A stretch of 64,000 nt of DNA from Diadema antillarum (taxonomy: Eukaryota), in contig NW_027271376.1 in assembly GCF_040938485.1 (NCBI RefSeq), forward strand, positions 124,001 through 188,000, read 5' to 3'. The notes under the pieces were generated by a model that saw nothing but the letters and a program-made list of their open reading frames with translations, did not search any database and had not been told where the DNA came from. A program made the translations under genes and the position numbers. Below, piece after piece: positions 25,020 to 38,500 of the stretch (positions within the stretch are counted from its first letter, which is position 1; each line of letters opens with the position of its first letter).

Positions 25020-25500
25020 TTATTTCCCTGCCCCTAAAGGGTGCCAGAGGCATTATGTGTTGGAGGTGTCCATCCGTCCATATGTCTATCCATCTGTACA
25101 TCCATTCTTCAGTCCCAGATCTTGTCACTGCCATTGACGAAAAACTGTTTCTTTTTCTTTGTACCTGGTCCTAGTATGCTACATGGTCATAAGGTGTAGA
25201 TGTGCTGATTGGATTATATCTCAAGGTCAAAGGTCCCTGAACTTTTGCTGAAAAAAAAGCATGTTCCAGCTGTAACTTTTTTAAAGTCCAATAATTATGT
25301 TGTTTGAAGCAGTGGATAGAAATAAGTGTAGATACAACTTTGTGCAGAGAGGGTTAAAGGTCAATCCTCAGTCAGTGGTCAAAGGTCATTGACCTTCATA
25401 AAAGTGTACATATGAAAAGCCATGTACTTATAATGGCAGATACAGTGATTGCACTAGAAGGTGCCAGCATCCCAGATGACTGTAGGCAGGATTTCACTGT
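25020..25500 (+). mobile_element. Degenerate HINE-like relic
   Basis: T-rich start, CCATCCGTCCAT microsatellite and recurrent AAGGTCAAAGGTC motifs; boundaries approximate. Confidence 0.45.
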
Positions 25501-26692
25501 GAAAATGGATTGAAACACACCATAGGGCCTACTACAGTCTGGGTGTAATCACAGTGCCTGCCTGCTGACTGTGAGGATGCTGAAATGAGATCCAGTGTTT
25601 GTTATTCAGAATAGGAAGACCATTAGCAGGAAAAAAACGTTTGAACTGTTTAACATGTGGTTATGGACCAAGGTCTGTCATGACTGTGAATAGACAGGCA
25701 TTTTTAATAAGTTACAATAATCGTAGCTGTGACAGCGACATCAAAGATATTCACAGCTGATTGGTTGTTTTGTAAATGCTGCCATGACAATCTTTTATTG
25801 ATGTTGTTCTACAGGAGGAGAAAAAAAAAAGCGAGGCTGTGAAAACCACACAGAAAAAAGCATATCTAAAATTGATCTTTTCCATTTCGCACAAAACATT
25901 ACTTTGGTCTGATAATTTTGTTGTCCTTTCTTTGCAATAGTGCAGGAATGCATACACATCTATATGTAAATATGTTTGGGGCTTTTCGTGTCTGTGTTTG
26001 TGTTTAGTTTTAAGAAGCCCTGTTTTGCACGTTTTCTCAATTAGCACAAATTTTAGCCATACGTGTTCTTGAAAATTGGCTTCAAAATGACCAATGCGAA
26101 ATCTTAAGATCACCCAATGTGGTTTTGCTGTTTTCGAAAATGTTCTTTGGATTGTATCCATTTTGTTATACTGAAAAGCATTTTTCAGTAATTGTAACAC
26201 AGAGTTTGTCATTCCCTGTGATCAGGTAATCTATATGACCATGTCTGTTATGTTATATACCGCTGAGAGAAGTCATCATTTATAGATTGATGAGCTTGGG
26301 CCTTCAAAAGGCAGTAAGGTTTTACATCAGGACTCACTATGTATGCTGAATACAGACTCACAGGCTTTAATCGGGAAGTGAACTACAGGCAGTTTTGTGT
26401 GGCGTGACAGTGGCTAAGAGAGCTCGGCATTGGTTACATGACAAACTTTGCCATGTTTCAGCACCATGCGTTCAAATTGAACAAATTTCAAATAGATTTG
26501 CTTGGGTTTCGAAACTTACCTTAGTTTGCAGTCACATTGGCAAAACATACGAGAACTTGACTAAAACTTTAAGTTTTGCCAGTGTGACCATGGCTCTTGA
26601 GAAGGTCGAGGATTCAAGCCCCATCATAAAACTTGCATCCTTGCACAAGACTGCACCTCACAATGCACCTTTCTACTTAGGAGGGTATATTG

Positions 26693-26852
26693 CAGTGGCG
26701 GATCCAGAGGGGGGCGCACCGCCCGCCCCCCCCCCCCTTTATTTTTGGTTAGAACAAAGGAAATTAAATAAAAATGGGGTGTGTGTACACCCCCCTTTAA
26801 TTTTGCAAAGGCTCCCCCCCCCCCCTTTATGGAATTCCTGGATCCGCCCCTG
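26693..26852. mobile_element. CAGTGGCGGATCC-type MITE, about 160 bp; second copy at 51492-51650, fragments near 3180 and 49300
   Basis: CAGTGGCGGATCCAG ... CTGGATCCGCCCCTG with a TATTG direct repeat on both flanks. The 51492 copy has the same termini but no clear TSD. Confidence 0.8.
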
Positions 26853-27850
26853 TATTGGTATATGGTGGGAAGCTGAATGTTCTTTGTTTTAATTAAGCCT
26901 GAAAGATATGGACAGATGAGTTGACATACACAAAGTGATGTCAATTTGTTTCAAATATCTGGGGCAGTGATACATCGTGGTTAAGCATTTTAAGCTCCAT
27001 TATGTTTTGTTCTTGAGAATAACAAAAGACTGTTATTGAGGCAATCATCTTTGTACCGTTCTTGTTTGTTTGTACCACCATGTGAGTGGTTTGGGGACAG
27101 GGTAATGTTACTCCTTTTCTTCCCCCATAGATTGAGTTCTGTTCTGTAGTGTATATGACCCGTAGAACATCAGTGTTACTCCGTAATTGTTTTATTACAA
27201 TATTTTGTTGTGTAACACTTGCCTTGCAGTCCATAGATTTATTCTGTAAACATTCTCTTCTAATGTCTTTCATGTGTTGCCTCATTTACACTGTAAAAAA
27301 GCGTACCAAAATGAGTGAATTTTTGGTGACGTTACCCATATTCTGTCAATATGACACTGCTTTTTACTTATCAAGATGTTTTGTGATTCTTAACCACTAA
27401 TTTTAATATATTTTCTACAATAATCTTATCTTTATTATTATCGTTATTTTTTTTTGTACACACACAGAGTTTTGTGTTGTGTGTGCTGAAAGATAAAAAG
27501 AATGAGGTGTGAGGCTGCAGTTATTGCTAGAACAATTCCTCAAAGGAATTATGAGCTACCCAGTGCCACCCATGAGCCTGATAAAGTTCATGAACAATGA
27601 TTTTTTAACTTGGTAGTGATAACTTCTGCAGACCATTGGCTTACCAGTTATATAAATTTTTGTCTCGCTGTGTTTCCAAAAATATATATACATAAATAGA
27701 CCAACAAACAAACAGTAAGAAGGCATGAGGGTCATTAAAGGCATAATTTACCATTTGCAGATGAAACAAAAACCCAGCATTAGTGCTTTAAAATAATTCT
27801 AAAATGTGAGTTAGGGATAGAAACAACCACTGAAAAAAATTGAATCCGTA

Positions 27851-28232
27851 TAATCGTGTGAACAGTTCTGGTTGAGGTGTGGATTTAGCTTTTAACGTTT
27901 TGCGAGATACAGGAAACCACTCTATGAGATGTCAAAGAGCATGCAATTCTGAGGGGTATCAAAAGTTTATTTGATGAAAATCGGTTTTGAAATGGCTGAG
28001 ATATCCAAAAAGAAGGTGAAACAAAGAGATCCTAATAAAAGGTGTGACCTGTCGCCTTTAATTATTATCAGTTTTTTGGATATCTCAGCCATTTGAAAAC
28101 CAATTTTCATCAACTAAACGTTGAATTCTTAGAATTACATGCTCTTTCATATTTCATAAGAGGTTTCTCATTATCTCACTTAGGAATGTTCAAAACATGA
28201 ATCCCCACCTCAACCAGTACTGTACAGTCCCT
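27851..28232. mobile_element. Second copy of the TTAA/AGGG Kolobok-like MITE family
   Basis: Collinear with 35177-35559 and ends CCAGTACTGTACAGTCCCT|TTAA; the left terminus is degenerate. Confidence 0.8.
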
Positions 28233-31200
28233 TTAAGTGTTGTTAAATACACAAAATGTGAACAATAGTTATGATAAGAATGTTTCCAGACTAAACCATC
28301 TACAGTTACGGTTTATTGGGAAAAACACTGATATCTCCTTATATTTTAGGCTTTATTGCGAAAATTTTATATGTAGGATGTTTTGTGATAGAACAGACTT
28401 ACACATATGCATCAAATGTATTATCTTGAACATTTTAGAAATCACTGCTCCCAAAGGTGAACTCTACCTTTAAACTCTGGTCAGATTCAAACATCATTGT
28501 AATGTGCCTCATGAAAACCAAAAGATCACCGTAGATCACCTGATGTCGGAAATATCAGCAAGAACCCAGTGATACTACTGATCTGCTGCTATTTAATTCA
28601 GGGTGGACTATTCTTGAATTTTTGAAATACATGTATTGTGTACCTGATATGTGGAAAATTGGATTTGTTGGTGTTCATTTCTTGTCCAGTCAGTATATGT
28701 GTACATCCAGATTTCATACAGTCTGCTGCATTGTTCCATTTTAATGGTAACTACAGTACTGATTATCAAGGCTGGTAACTTTTTAGAATACCCAAGTGAA
28801 GAAAGTGACTTCTGGTGTTTATTTTTTTTTTATTTATTTTTTTTTGTTTTTGTTTTGTTTTTGTTTTTTTGTTTTGTTTTTTTTTGCATGTTCATTGTTT
28901 TTAAATAGATATCACACTAAGATGTAGTGTACTTTGTAGTTTTTATGCACAGATTTCATTTATCATTTTACTTTTTCATTATTTCGAGATATTCAACACT
29001 CTTTTGGAGTGAAGCTGTGGTACTCCAGTTTCATGTTTTTGCTGTAAAGGGCAATTAATGTGTATATATGGAGTTTCTGTGTCAGAGAAGAACATTTGAC
29101 TTGGTGCTATATGAGTGTCTAATTTTAGCAGGACATCGATGCAAAGGGTTACCATCGAAAAAGGTCAGCTTATTTTTTTCCTATGCGTGGCAGAACGAGG
29201 AAGAAATATTGTGGCCTTCTGCTTTAACCTGATTGAGTTTCCCGAAACCAAATCACATGATAGTTATTTCTTTCCTGTTGCTTTTCCTTTCACTACTCCC
29301 CCCCCCCCCCCCCCCACTTTCCTTTTTTTTATCACATGGACAACAAAGTAGCTTCTTAGACTGATTTCTTCAGCCTATGGAGCATTAATGCAGACCCTTT
29401 AGTGGCTACAATGTTTATGGCTCATGTAGTAGTGACAGATATTTCTTATTCATGTATGCACATGTATTGGGATTCTGAAAAGCCAGTTTGTCATTAAGTT
29501 GTGGGAAGTTTTCATTTCTTTCTCTTTTTTTTTTTCAAGTTTGAATAGTGTGCAAAAAAAATGTTTGTTTCCATTCATGTTCATAACCGCATGAGAAGGT
29601 ATGGACTGTTTGTAATAAAGAATTGAAATAAAGTTGGCCTCCCATTGTTGTGGGGCACCGCAAATATGCCATGATAATAATGATAATTTTATTATTATTT
29701 GCGTCATACACATATTAAGCTAACATGCCATGGCCGTTCAGCATCTGAGGTGTTGTGATAGCCCAACATTCTGCATTCATTGCACCAATTTTGGGCAAAG
29801 TTTTCATATTCTCAAGGGGAAAAAGGGATTCAGGAAAAGCATATTCATTTATGTTTGAATGAAGACCCCCTGCCCTGTAGATTTGAGAAGTCTTACATTA
29901 GTCTATTAGAACAATCAAAAATTTTAAAAGTCCACAGAAGTTAGGTTTCTGTTATGTTCATGAAATAGTGGTATTGTATCGGCCATAATCACACTGATTT
30001 ATCTGATTTTGCTATATACAGTGTAAATCAAAGTGTATCATTACCCTAAAAATTTACTTCGTGACATGGAAAAGCACCTAAAGGGCATTGTCAATTTCTT
30101 CCATATAATTTTTTACCTGGCCCCTACAGAATTTATTCCTAACAGTTAAATGAACTTAGTAAATGCCCGTTTGGTGTGTGCATGTTGTCCTTGCGTGCAT
30201 CTCCTCATTGCACCTGTTACAAAATTATCTTAGCCATACAATTGCAACCATGAAAGCGCATACCATATGTCCATGTACATCGCATCTTACCTCGGTATCA
30301 GGGATTGCATAATTTATATGATGTGTGTATCGAATGCAATGGGGTTTACAATATACCTTCAGAATATGTGCTTTCATCATCATGCATAACTATCGCTGAC
30401 GCCATACACCGTATACATATGATAAAGCTGACAACATGCATAGCATATTGGTAATGTAACAGTGTGTGTATTTGATTTATTAGCATTGAATAGTGAGTGT
30501 GCCTGCCCCACGTTACAAAGATTCAAGATAGCATAATGAATGCGTGGGATAATACTACGAAGTCTGTTAGTGTTATGCAAAAACATGCCTGAACCCTCCC
30601 TTCACTGATTGGGCAAGTGTGTGGTAGACAACTACAGCTGGCCAAGCCATCCCGCACATACGTATACTACACACAAAAGAGTCACACAAAAATATCCAAT
30701 CTTTGCGATCAACCTCTATTGATGGTGTTTGTTGACTTAGCCTGAATTAAAGACATTTACACTTTTTTAGTGCAATTTGGAAGAATTCTTCTTATCATTA
30801 TTTCTACTAAGAGCTTCACACTCATATTCTAAGAAAACATTATTAGAATGACTCTTCCACGAGATAGACTGCAAAGACAGTAAAAAATACTGTTCCTAAT
30901 ATAACTACAGCAATTCTTGCTGAATGTGAGCTTGAGAGTGACTGAGGTGTTTCAGACTAAAAGAGAATGAAAGCCAAATACTGAGTACTACAGTGAATTG
31001 AAGGAATGCAGCAATATGACAATCTCTTCAAAAGTTTTAAAGCTTTGGTGCAGCCATTGCTGGATGAGAAAACTAAAACACTTTATGATGTCCCGCATGG
31101 AAATTGACAAAAACAAAATATACAGAAAACATATTTTCAACATACCATTTACATTTCAACATATTTTCAATTTCCTTGCATAATGAAAGAATACTTGACT

Positions 31201-32563
31201 TCCTATTTCAGAAAGCATGGGGAATTATATCACCCTTAACATAATGTCAATAACAGGTCAAGGGAAAGTTTACTTTTTATAAAAAAGTGAAATTTGTGGA
31301 ATTCTCTTTATATTTTCTTTACATCATTGTGCATCCCTAATGTCAACAACCATAGTAGTCTTCTCATCCAGCGATGGCTGCGCCAAAATGTTAAGAATTA
31401 GTAAGTTTTTTTTAAAAGATTGTCTGATTTTCTTCAAACTTTCACCAATGTGTAGTACTAATTCATTTACTCTATCCACATGTATAATTGGGTATCATTT
31501 TTCTTTAAGTCATCTAGTTCCACAAACCACAGTTCTTAGTCTGGAACTAAATTTTGATGAACTAAATCTTTTGATTTAGACTTTTATCATTAATTATTAT
31601 TTTTTCACAAAGTAATCTTTTCTTTGAACACTTTATTGTTTCAGTTGCAGAAATTTCACAGACCTTTCTTTAACGTTTACAAGGTATATTTCAGTCTTTC
31701 ATTTTTGCAAAATCTGCCACTCTATTGTTAGTTAAGTTCATCAACTACTTGCAAGACTATTGCCATGAAATTCTTAAGAGAAAACTGAATGATGACAAGA
31801 TGATTTCTTTTTCTGCAGCAAACTCCCCTAAGACCTACAGGTTTTAAATAGACCAATCCTCAATGTTGCAACATACAATGTACTCTTCTAGTAAACACTA
31901 GCCACAAAGTATTACTATTGCATTGTGTACTTCACTATGTCAAATTAACCTTGAATAAGATTTTTACTCAAACCATGAATCTGAGCAAAGAGAAGCCTGA
32001 ATATTTCAGTCACAGATATACAATCTGAGCAAAACAGTACAGAAGATAAAAGCCCTAATTTCAGCGCCTCAATAGGAATAAAACAAGATGTGAGTCATGG
32101 CTTAGCTATAAACGTTCCTCTGATTTCTCCAATTGCATAGATATGAAAATAGGCATTGGTGCAACTACAGCAAAAAAGTGGAGGTAAAACTAACACATAC
32201 AAACTTGTTACCTTGTACACTCGGAGTCACATGTAATGATAATGGGAGGCTAATTAAAGTGAGCTTGTACAACAGTCCTAATCAAGCCAAAAAGGTGACA
32301 GTGAAATGAGTCATTAAAACGTGTGAAACGCAGGAAGCAAGCAGATCAGCCCATTTCCTCTGCTCACAAAATTTGCATACAAAAATAAACGAGCTTCTTA
32401 ATCTCAAAAGGTAGAAGCACTGGTTAATTTGTTGCTTCATATGGGATTAAAAGTGACTCATCTCGTTAACTTTGACAACTAGTGCATTTAGATTTTCTTC
32501 ATGAAGCTCAAAGAAATGTACTACATGTAATACTCTGAGATGGAATAAAAGATGCTGCTGGGA

Positions 32564-35500
32564 TCATTCTTTGATAGTGGTATCAGCTGTCAAGTCCATG
32601 GCGAGTTCACTGTTAGCGACAGTCACTGTGACCTCGTGGTGACCAGCATCAATTACAAAGTTGCCTTGATCTTCATTTGCCTGATCAACTGCCTGATTGA
32701 TCAAGTTTCCAGAGGTGAGAACCTCCTGGTTGTAGAGGGACGGATCCAACGTGACGTAGGTGATGTTCTCCATGACATCATGATGGCCAATGATGCTACC
32801 CTCTGTGCCTGGCCCCAGAGTACTGGCAGCTACGATGTTTAAGTACCCCTCCGCATCTTTGAGGACTACCGTCTGGACTGTCTCATTGACAACGGTCATG
32901 TCGCCACCCTGTGTAGACGGTGTTGGTGCCTGAGAGTGAAGTCTGGCCTTCCCCTGTTGACCTGTGGTTTGTTGAGTATGTAGAGCAGCAACGTCTCCAC
33001 TACTACCCTGCACATCTCCTTGTGGTGGAGGCTCATTAGTACTGGATGCCGTAGGACGAGCTTTAGACACCCCACACTCTTGTGGGGACGTTTGAGTCCT
33101 GGATGATCTCTTGTCCTGTGATGAGCTTTGTGACATGGCTGTGAGATGATGTTCAACATTGGGGGCAGTGTTGCTCTCCACAGAGAGGACCCTGTTGCCA
33201 CTGATGTTATTGCCTTTGCTTGACACATCATTGCTGACTTGTGTTTGGTATAAGGATCCCTGGGTATCTTCCGTTCGTGTGGGACTTCCTGGACCAATTT
33301 GAACACCACCTTCCACGCTGCTACTGCCATTTACTTCCTTGACTTTTGGGGTCTCAGCATTATTCCTCCTGGCTCTAGAAGACCCCTGTGATCTTTTCTT
33401 AGTCCTATAGGTCACTCCTTCTGACAACTTCTCGAGCGAGTGCAACATATCGCAGAGGAATCTCTCATCTTTCACCAGTGAGACCTGAGAATGGAGCTTG
33501 TCAAGGAGGTCTTTGTTCTTGTTGATAAGTTGCCTGCACTTGGTGGCATTCCTCTTGGGTGTTGAAGATGCCTTTGTACTTTCTGGCTTGACCGAGTCAA
33601 GAGACTTTACAAGGTCGTCATCATCATCTCCTCCCGGAGGATGACGGTGGGAGTCACCGTCATGAAGGACATCATCATCCAAACAGAAGAGGGGATTGTC
33701 TCTGTAGGACTCACAAAGTTGGTCCCACGACCACCCCTCTACATGTCGGAAGATGGCACAAAAGTGTTTGCATGGCAGGAGACATCTAGACCAGTACGAG
33801 CATGAGCAAGACGGGAACTTGTCCTCACTGCCAAAGGAGACCCTGTGGGCCTGAGATTTGTCCCCTCTGACCAAGAACTGGCCGTTTTGTTCAGCCTGGA
33901 TTCCCTCCGCCTTGATACCAGAGGCCATGTTCTTTTCGATGTGCTCTACGATGAGTCTTGGTCTGCTGTGCAGGAAGGCAGGAACGGCTTCACTGTACTT
34001 GAGGTAGCTGCTAGAATAGCGAGCGTTGAATTCAACATACCTAGCATGTAGGAAAAAGGCAAGTGAAATAGATCAAACAGAGTGGGACAAGGTGAAATAC
34101 AGGAAAGAAATCATTTCAAAATAGTTGCACAAAATTGTAAGTTTTGCTTACATGAGGCAAATACTTGATGAAACTTGATAGATATGAACATTCTCTGATC
34201 AAAGATGCAGATCTTGTATGGAAGAAGAAGAAAAAAAAATCTATCTCACATCTGAAAAGATGATGACTTCATGAGTATGCGGAGAAATAATCATGAATCC
34301 ACATGACTTGGCCAGTAAAATGAGTGAACAATAATGCAATGTTTATATAAACCTTTTTACATAATATGGAAAGGTCAAGAATGACCTTCTGAATATTCAG
34401 ATGACATGGTTTAACCACAGGATGAGATACTATGTCTCTGCTTCTATCCTATCTCCTGTTGCCTTCTGGTTACTCTGTTCTTGTTCTTGCTCTTGTTGTT
34501 GTAGACAATGTTGTGTGACATAAATTTGTTCTGCATGACATGGACATATGCTTTGCAATACACTGCACTTCTGTTACGATGAATATGGTTATAACGAAAC
34601 TCTTGTTACAACAAAGCAAAAATTCAGGTCCCAAAATTATTGTCTATATATCGTTGTATACTTCACTGTTTGGTTATAACAAAATTTCAGTATAACAAAA
34701 GAAAACTGCTAGTCCTTAGGACTTCATTATAATGAGAGTCACCTAGAATCCAATTTTCCACTAGTATTTTTTTTTCTCAGCTCATATGCAAAGCCTTACA
34801 AGGAGTCTCAGCCAGAAAAGGGTTCCTGCCAGCCAGCATAACAGGATAACTTACACCTTCAGTAAACTACTCAAGATAGCACTAAAAGCCATTTTCAACA
34901 AGAAGACATCCTATTCACCTAGAGGGCATTAGTAATTGATGGAACTTGTTTTCATTGATTCAGCATTATCCATAGCAGAATGAGAATTGGAGATGACTTG
35001 ATCTCACTTTTGACATGAAGCACAATTATGATGCTGTAATCTCGCAGAGGAAATGTTGTACACATGGGGGTAGGGAGAACTGGAGACAGAGAAATACTAC
35101 AGTGGGAACTGGGAATAAAGAGAACCTTGGACAAGGAAAATTTGATCAATATCAGTTTTTTTTAAACTGAAGTTAAAGGGTGTGTACAGTTCTGGTCGAT
35201 GTGTAGATTTAGCTTTCAACATTTTGCGAGATATTCAGAAACCACTCTATGAGATGTCAAAGACAATGCAGTTCCAAGGGGTATCAAAAGTTTATTCGAT
35301 GAAAGTCGGTTTTGAAATGGCTGAGATATCCAAAAACAAGGTGAAACAAAGAGATCCTAATAAAGTTGGGGCATGTCGCCTTTTATTATTAGCACTTTTT
35401 GGGATATCTCAGCCATTTGAAAACCAATTTTCATCAAATAAACGTTGAATCCTTCTTAAAATTACATGCTCTTTCATATTTCATAAGAGGCTTTTCATTA

Positions 35501-38500
35501 TCTCACTTAGGAATGTTCAAAACATGAATCCTTACCTCAACCAGTACTGAACAGTCCCTTTAAATCTTAAAACAAAAAAATAAAGAATTTCTCTTTAAGA
35601 ACCCCCTGAAAATATCAGGTGTATAGCCCAACAAAAACTCTTTAGACCAAATTCTCTCAGGAGTTGAAAGGTAGAAATCATACGATCCTTACCTCCTGTA
35701 TGCAGCGGGAAAGTGCTTTGTGTAGAGGACTGTGATGACCTCACTCAAGCTACACTCCTTGTACTGGCTGATGTAGTCGCAGCGGAACATCTCGTCTTGC
35801 TGCCGAACGCCCTTGGCTGCATACAGGCTCACCCTGACACTCTCACTCTGAAAGGCAGCTGCCCATCTCTGGGGTTGCAACAAACAAATCAACAGTTATA
35901 CAGATGACAAAGAGAATGTAAGAACCACAGACATATTTTGCATATAAAAACAGAAAATGGTTTCTTATTATTTTGTTCAAGGCAAACTGCCCTTAAGCTC
36001 TTGCTAACAATGCACACATTTGCATCTTCCACTCACTGATTGATTCAAAATATGTTCACTATGATTACTTATAAACTATATACAGAATGTACTTTGCAGT
36101 GTTTTATATTCATGAATTTTGGGAGCCAAAAATATTCAGAAAGTAAGCAACTTGAAAAAATATTGCCTCCTATAACACAAATACATCATCATCATCACCT
36201 ACTAGCACCTGTGCTACCTCTTGGTTCTTTTAGCAACCTCATTGTATACAACATTGCCATATTGTAGCTCTTTTTTAGATTAATAGTTTTAGATTACATA
36301 ATCATTTATATTATAGATTATATTCAATATGTTTTGTTTAGATCGTTAACTACATGTAGTATGTATTAATATTGATGTATAAACATGTATTCAAACTTTC
36401 CTGTACATATGTTGTTGTTATAAATAAACTCAAACTCAAACTTCTAAAAAGTTGGATATTGCAAGCTTTTCTCTTAAGAAGTGATACATCATCTTTCCAT
36501 TCCGTCAATGTGGTTAATGATTGAGAATTCAACCGCTTGCGAAACTGTCTTGCAAGTCCCAATTCGCGATACCAGTAGGCCTACTTGCAAAACATATGCA
36601 GTATGCAGTAGTCGATCCATGTCTGTTCATCCATATTGATGTCTCTTTTTTATACATACTTTATACTTTATAGATACTTTATACATATTTACACATATGT
36701 ATGCTTTATACATAGATATCTATATATATATACATGTGTGTCTGTACCTTATACATATATACCTATAATGTTACATGTGAAGCGTTGTGGTGAAATCAAT
36801 CAGTTCAAGCATGAACTACATATAAATACGAAGAAATACATAGAACCACACTCAATCCAAACTCCTCCTCCAAGCAGACCTTTATCTATCATCTACCTTG
36901 GAACACGAGAGCCAGTAAGAGGAGAAATAATTTGCCACCAGTTCATTCTCTTTCCAGGTAAACATGGAGCGCAGAACCTTGAGGGCGGATGCATGTTCCC
37001 TGTGGGTTGGTGCCATGGCAACACGATGCATGGTCTTGATGATGCGGTTCCTTGTCACTGGGTTGACAACCTCAGAAGATGTCGCCAACCAATCTGTCCA
37101 CATCTTCTCACATCGGCTGACAGAGAATAGAGCAGTGCAGTCTGTGGAAGAGGAGTAATACTACTTTCAGCTCTTAAATGGCATTAGAGATACCCCCCCC
37201 CCATTATGATACAATCACATTACCACATGAGGCATAAAAAAGGTTGCTCCTAAATTACCATTATTCACAACATGATATGGCACCAATTGTACATGTACTT
37301 GGAAGTCAAGCCAGTTATACAAAGCAGTCTTCACGCATCAATAACCACCACACTTAACCAAATTTGTGAAATCCAAAAATCAATATTAAATATCAGTGAT
37401 TTTTATTTTCACTGGAAAATGTAAAGAAAGTGCCATGCCTCTCGACTTCGTCTCGGGGCATAGCACTGTTGAGAAATCACCTCCGTGCATATAGGTTTAC
37501 CATCTCCCTCTGAAGCAGTCGATATTTGTATACTATCCCCTCTCCTTCCCCTCCCTCTACAAAGAGAGAGAGAGAAAAAAAAAAAAAACGACATGAAAAA
37601 GAGAGAATACTTTACCTGGCAGAGCAGTTTTCACGGCCTCAATCTCTGGGTCAAAGTAGTCAACCAGAAAAGCGGCAGGTTTCCACATTGGATTCCATCG
37701 CATGAAGATGCGAAGGGCCTCAGCTATATCCTCCGCCGTGTCACTGTGGGACACAAAGAAGCCGACAACCACATAGCCAGCGTTGGTTCTGACTGACAGG
37801 AGGAAGAGGGGTAAGGGGTAGCCAGCACTCCGGTAGACTGCATCCAGCACTGTGACCGTTGTGCCATATTTGTTGAGGAGGCGCTGCTGCCAGCATGTCT
37901 GGCTGCAGAATAAGAATTTGCCTGATTCGGGTGCTGTTAGGAGCAGAATATAACATGAAAATGAAATAGATTTACCAATTATTCCATATAGCCAATACAT
38001 GCAAAGTCATGGAAAATTATGGTATCATCATTGGCAAAATTTACTCCTTCAACTTTGGGTTTGATAGAAAGATCTTTACGAAGTAAAAAAAGTCATACAA
38101 TCCAAGGAAACTTTACAGATTACAAGTTCATAAACTTCATACATTTCTGGGCCTTCAAAGCACCAGTTAAATCATTAACCCGCTGAGGGCAGACTGATTT
38201 TGCTACAACCTGCATTTCCCATATAGACCCCTGCCCGAGTATACTCGGGACTCGTCCTCAACGGGGTAACATATCCTGTGTCCATAGCAAACCAGTACCT
38301 GCTTTGAGTGGCCGGTACTCAAAGAAGTCACCATGGGCACTCTCCCATGACTTGACCAGCATGGACATGTTGCCTTGGTCCACCTTGGTGTGGATTTCCT
38401 TCTTGGCCTTCTGCACTGCATGCCGAATATCCACATCTGTCGGGTAATAGCGCCGCCGCGTCCTGTGCGGTTGCTCTGACGAGTGGAAGAGCTCGCTCTG

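Noticed and set aside
26531-26588. Pre-miRNA hairpin
   Set aside because: The stem is only 16 bp with a 26-nt loop and does not extend.
25751-26892. 153-aa and 165-aa ORFs in the KLHDC3-MULE intergenic region
   Set aside because: They have AT-rich or MITE-derived composition, no motifs, and partly non-ATG starts.
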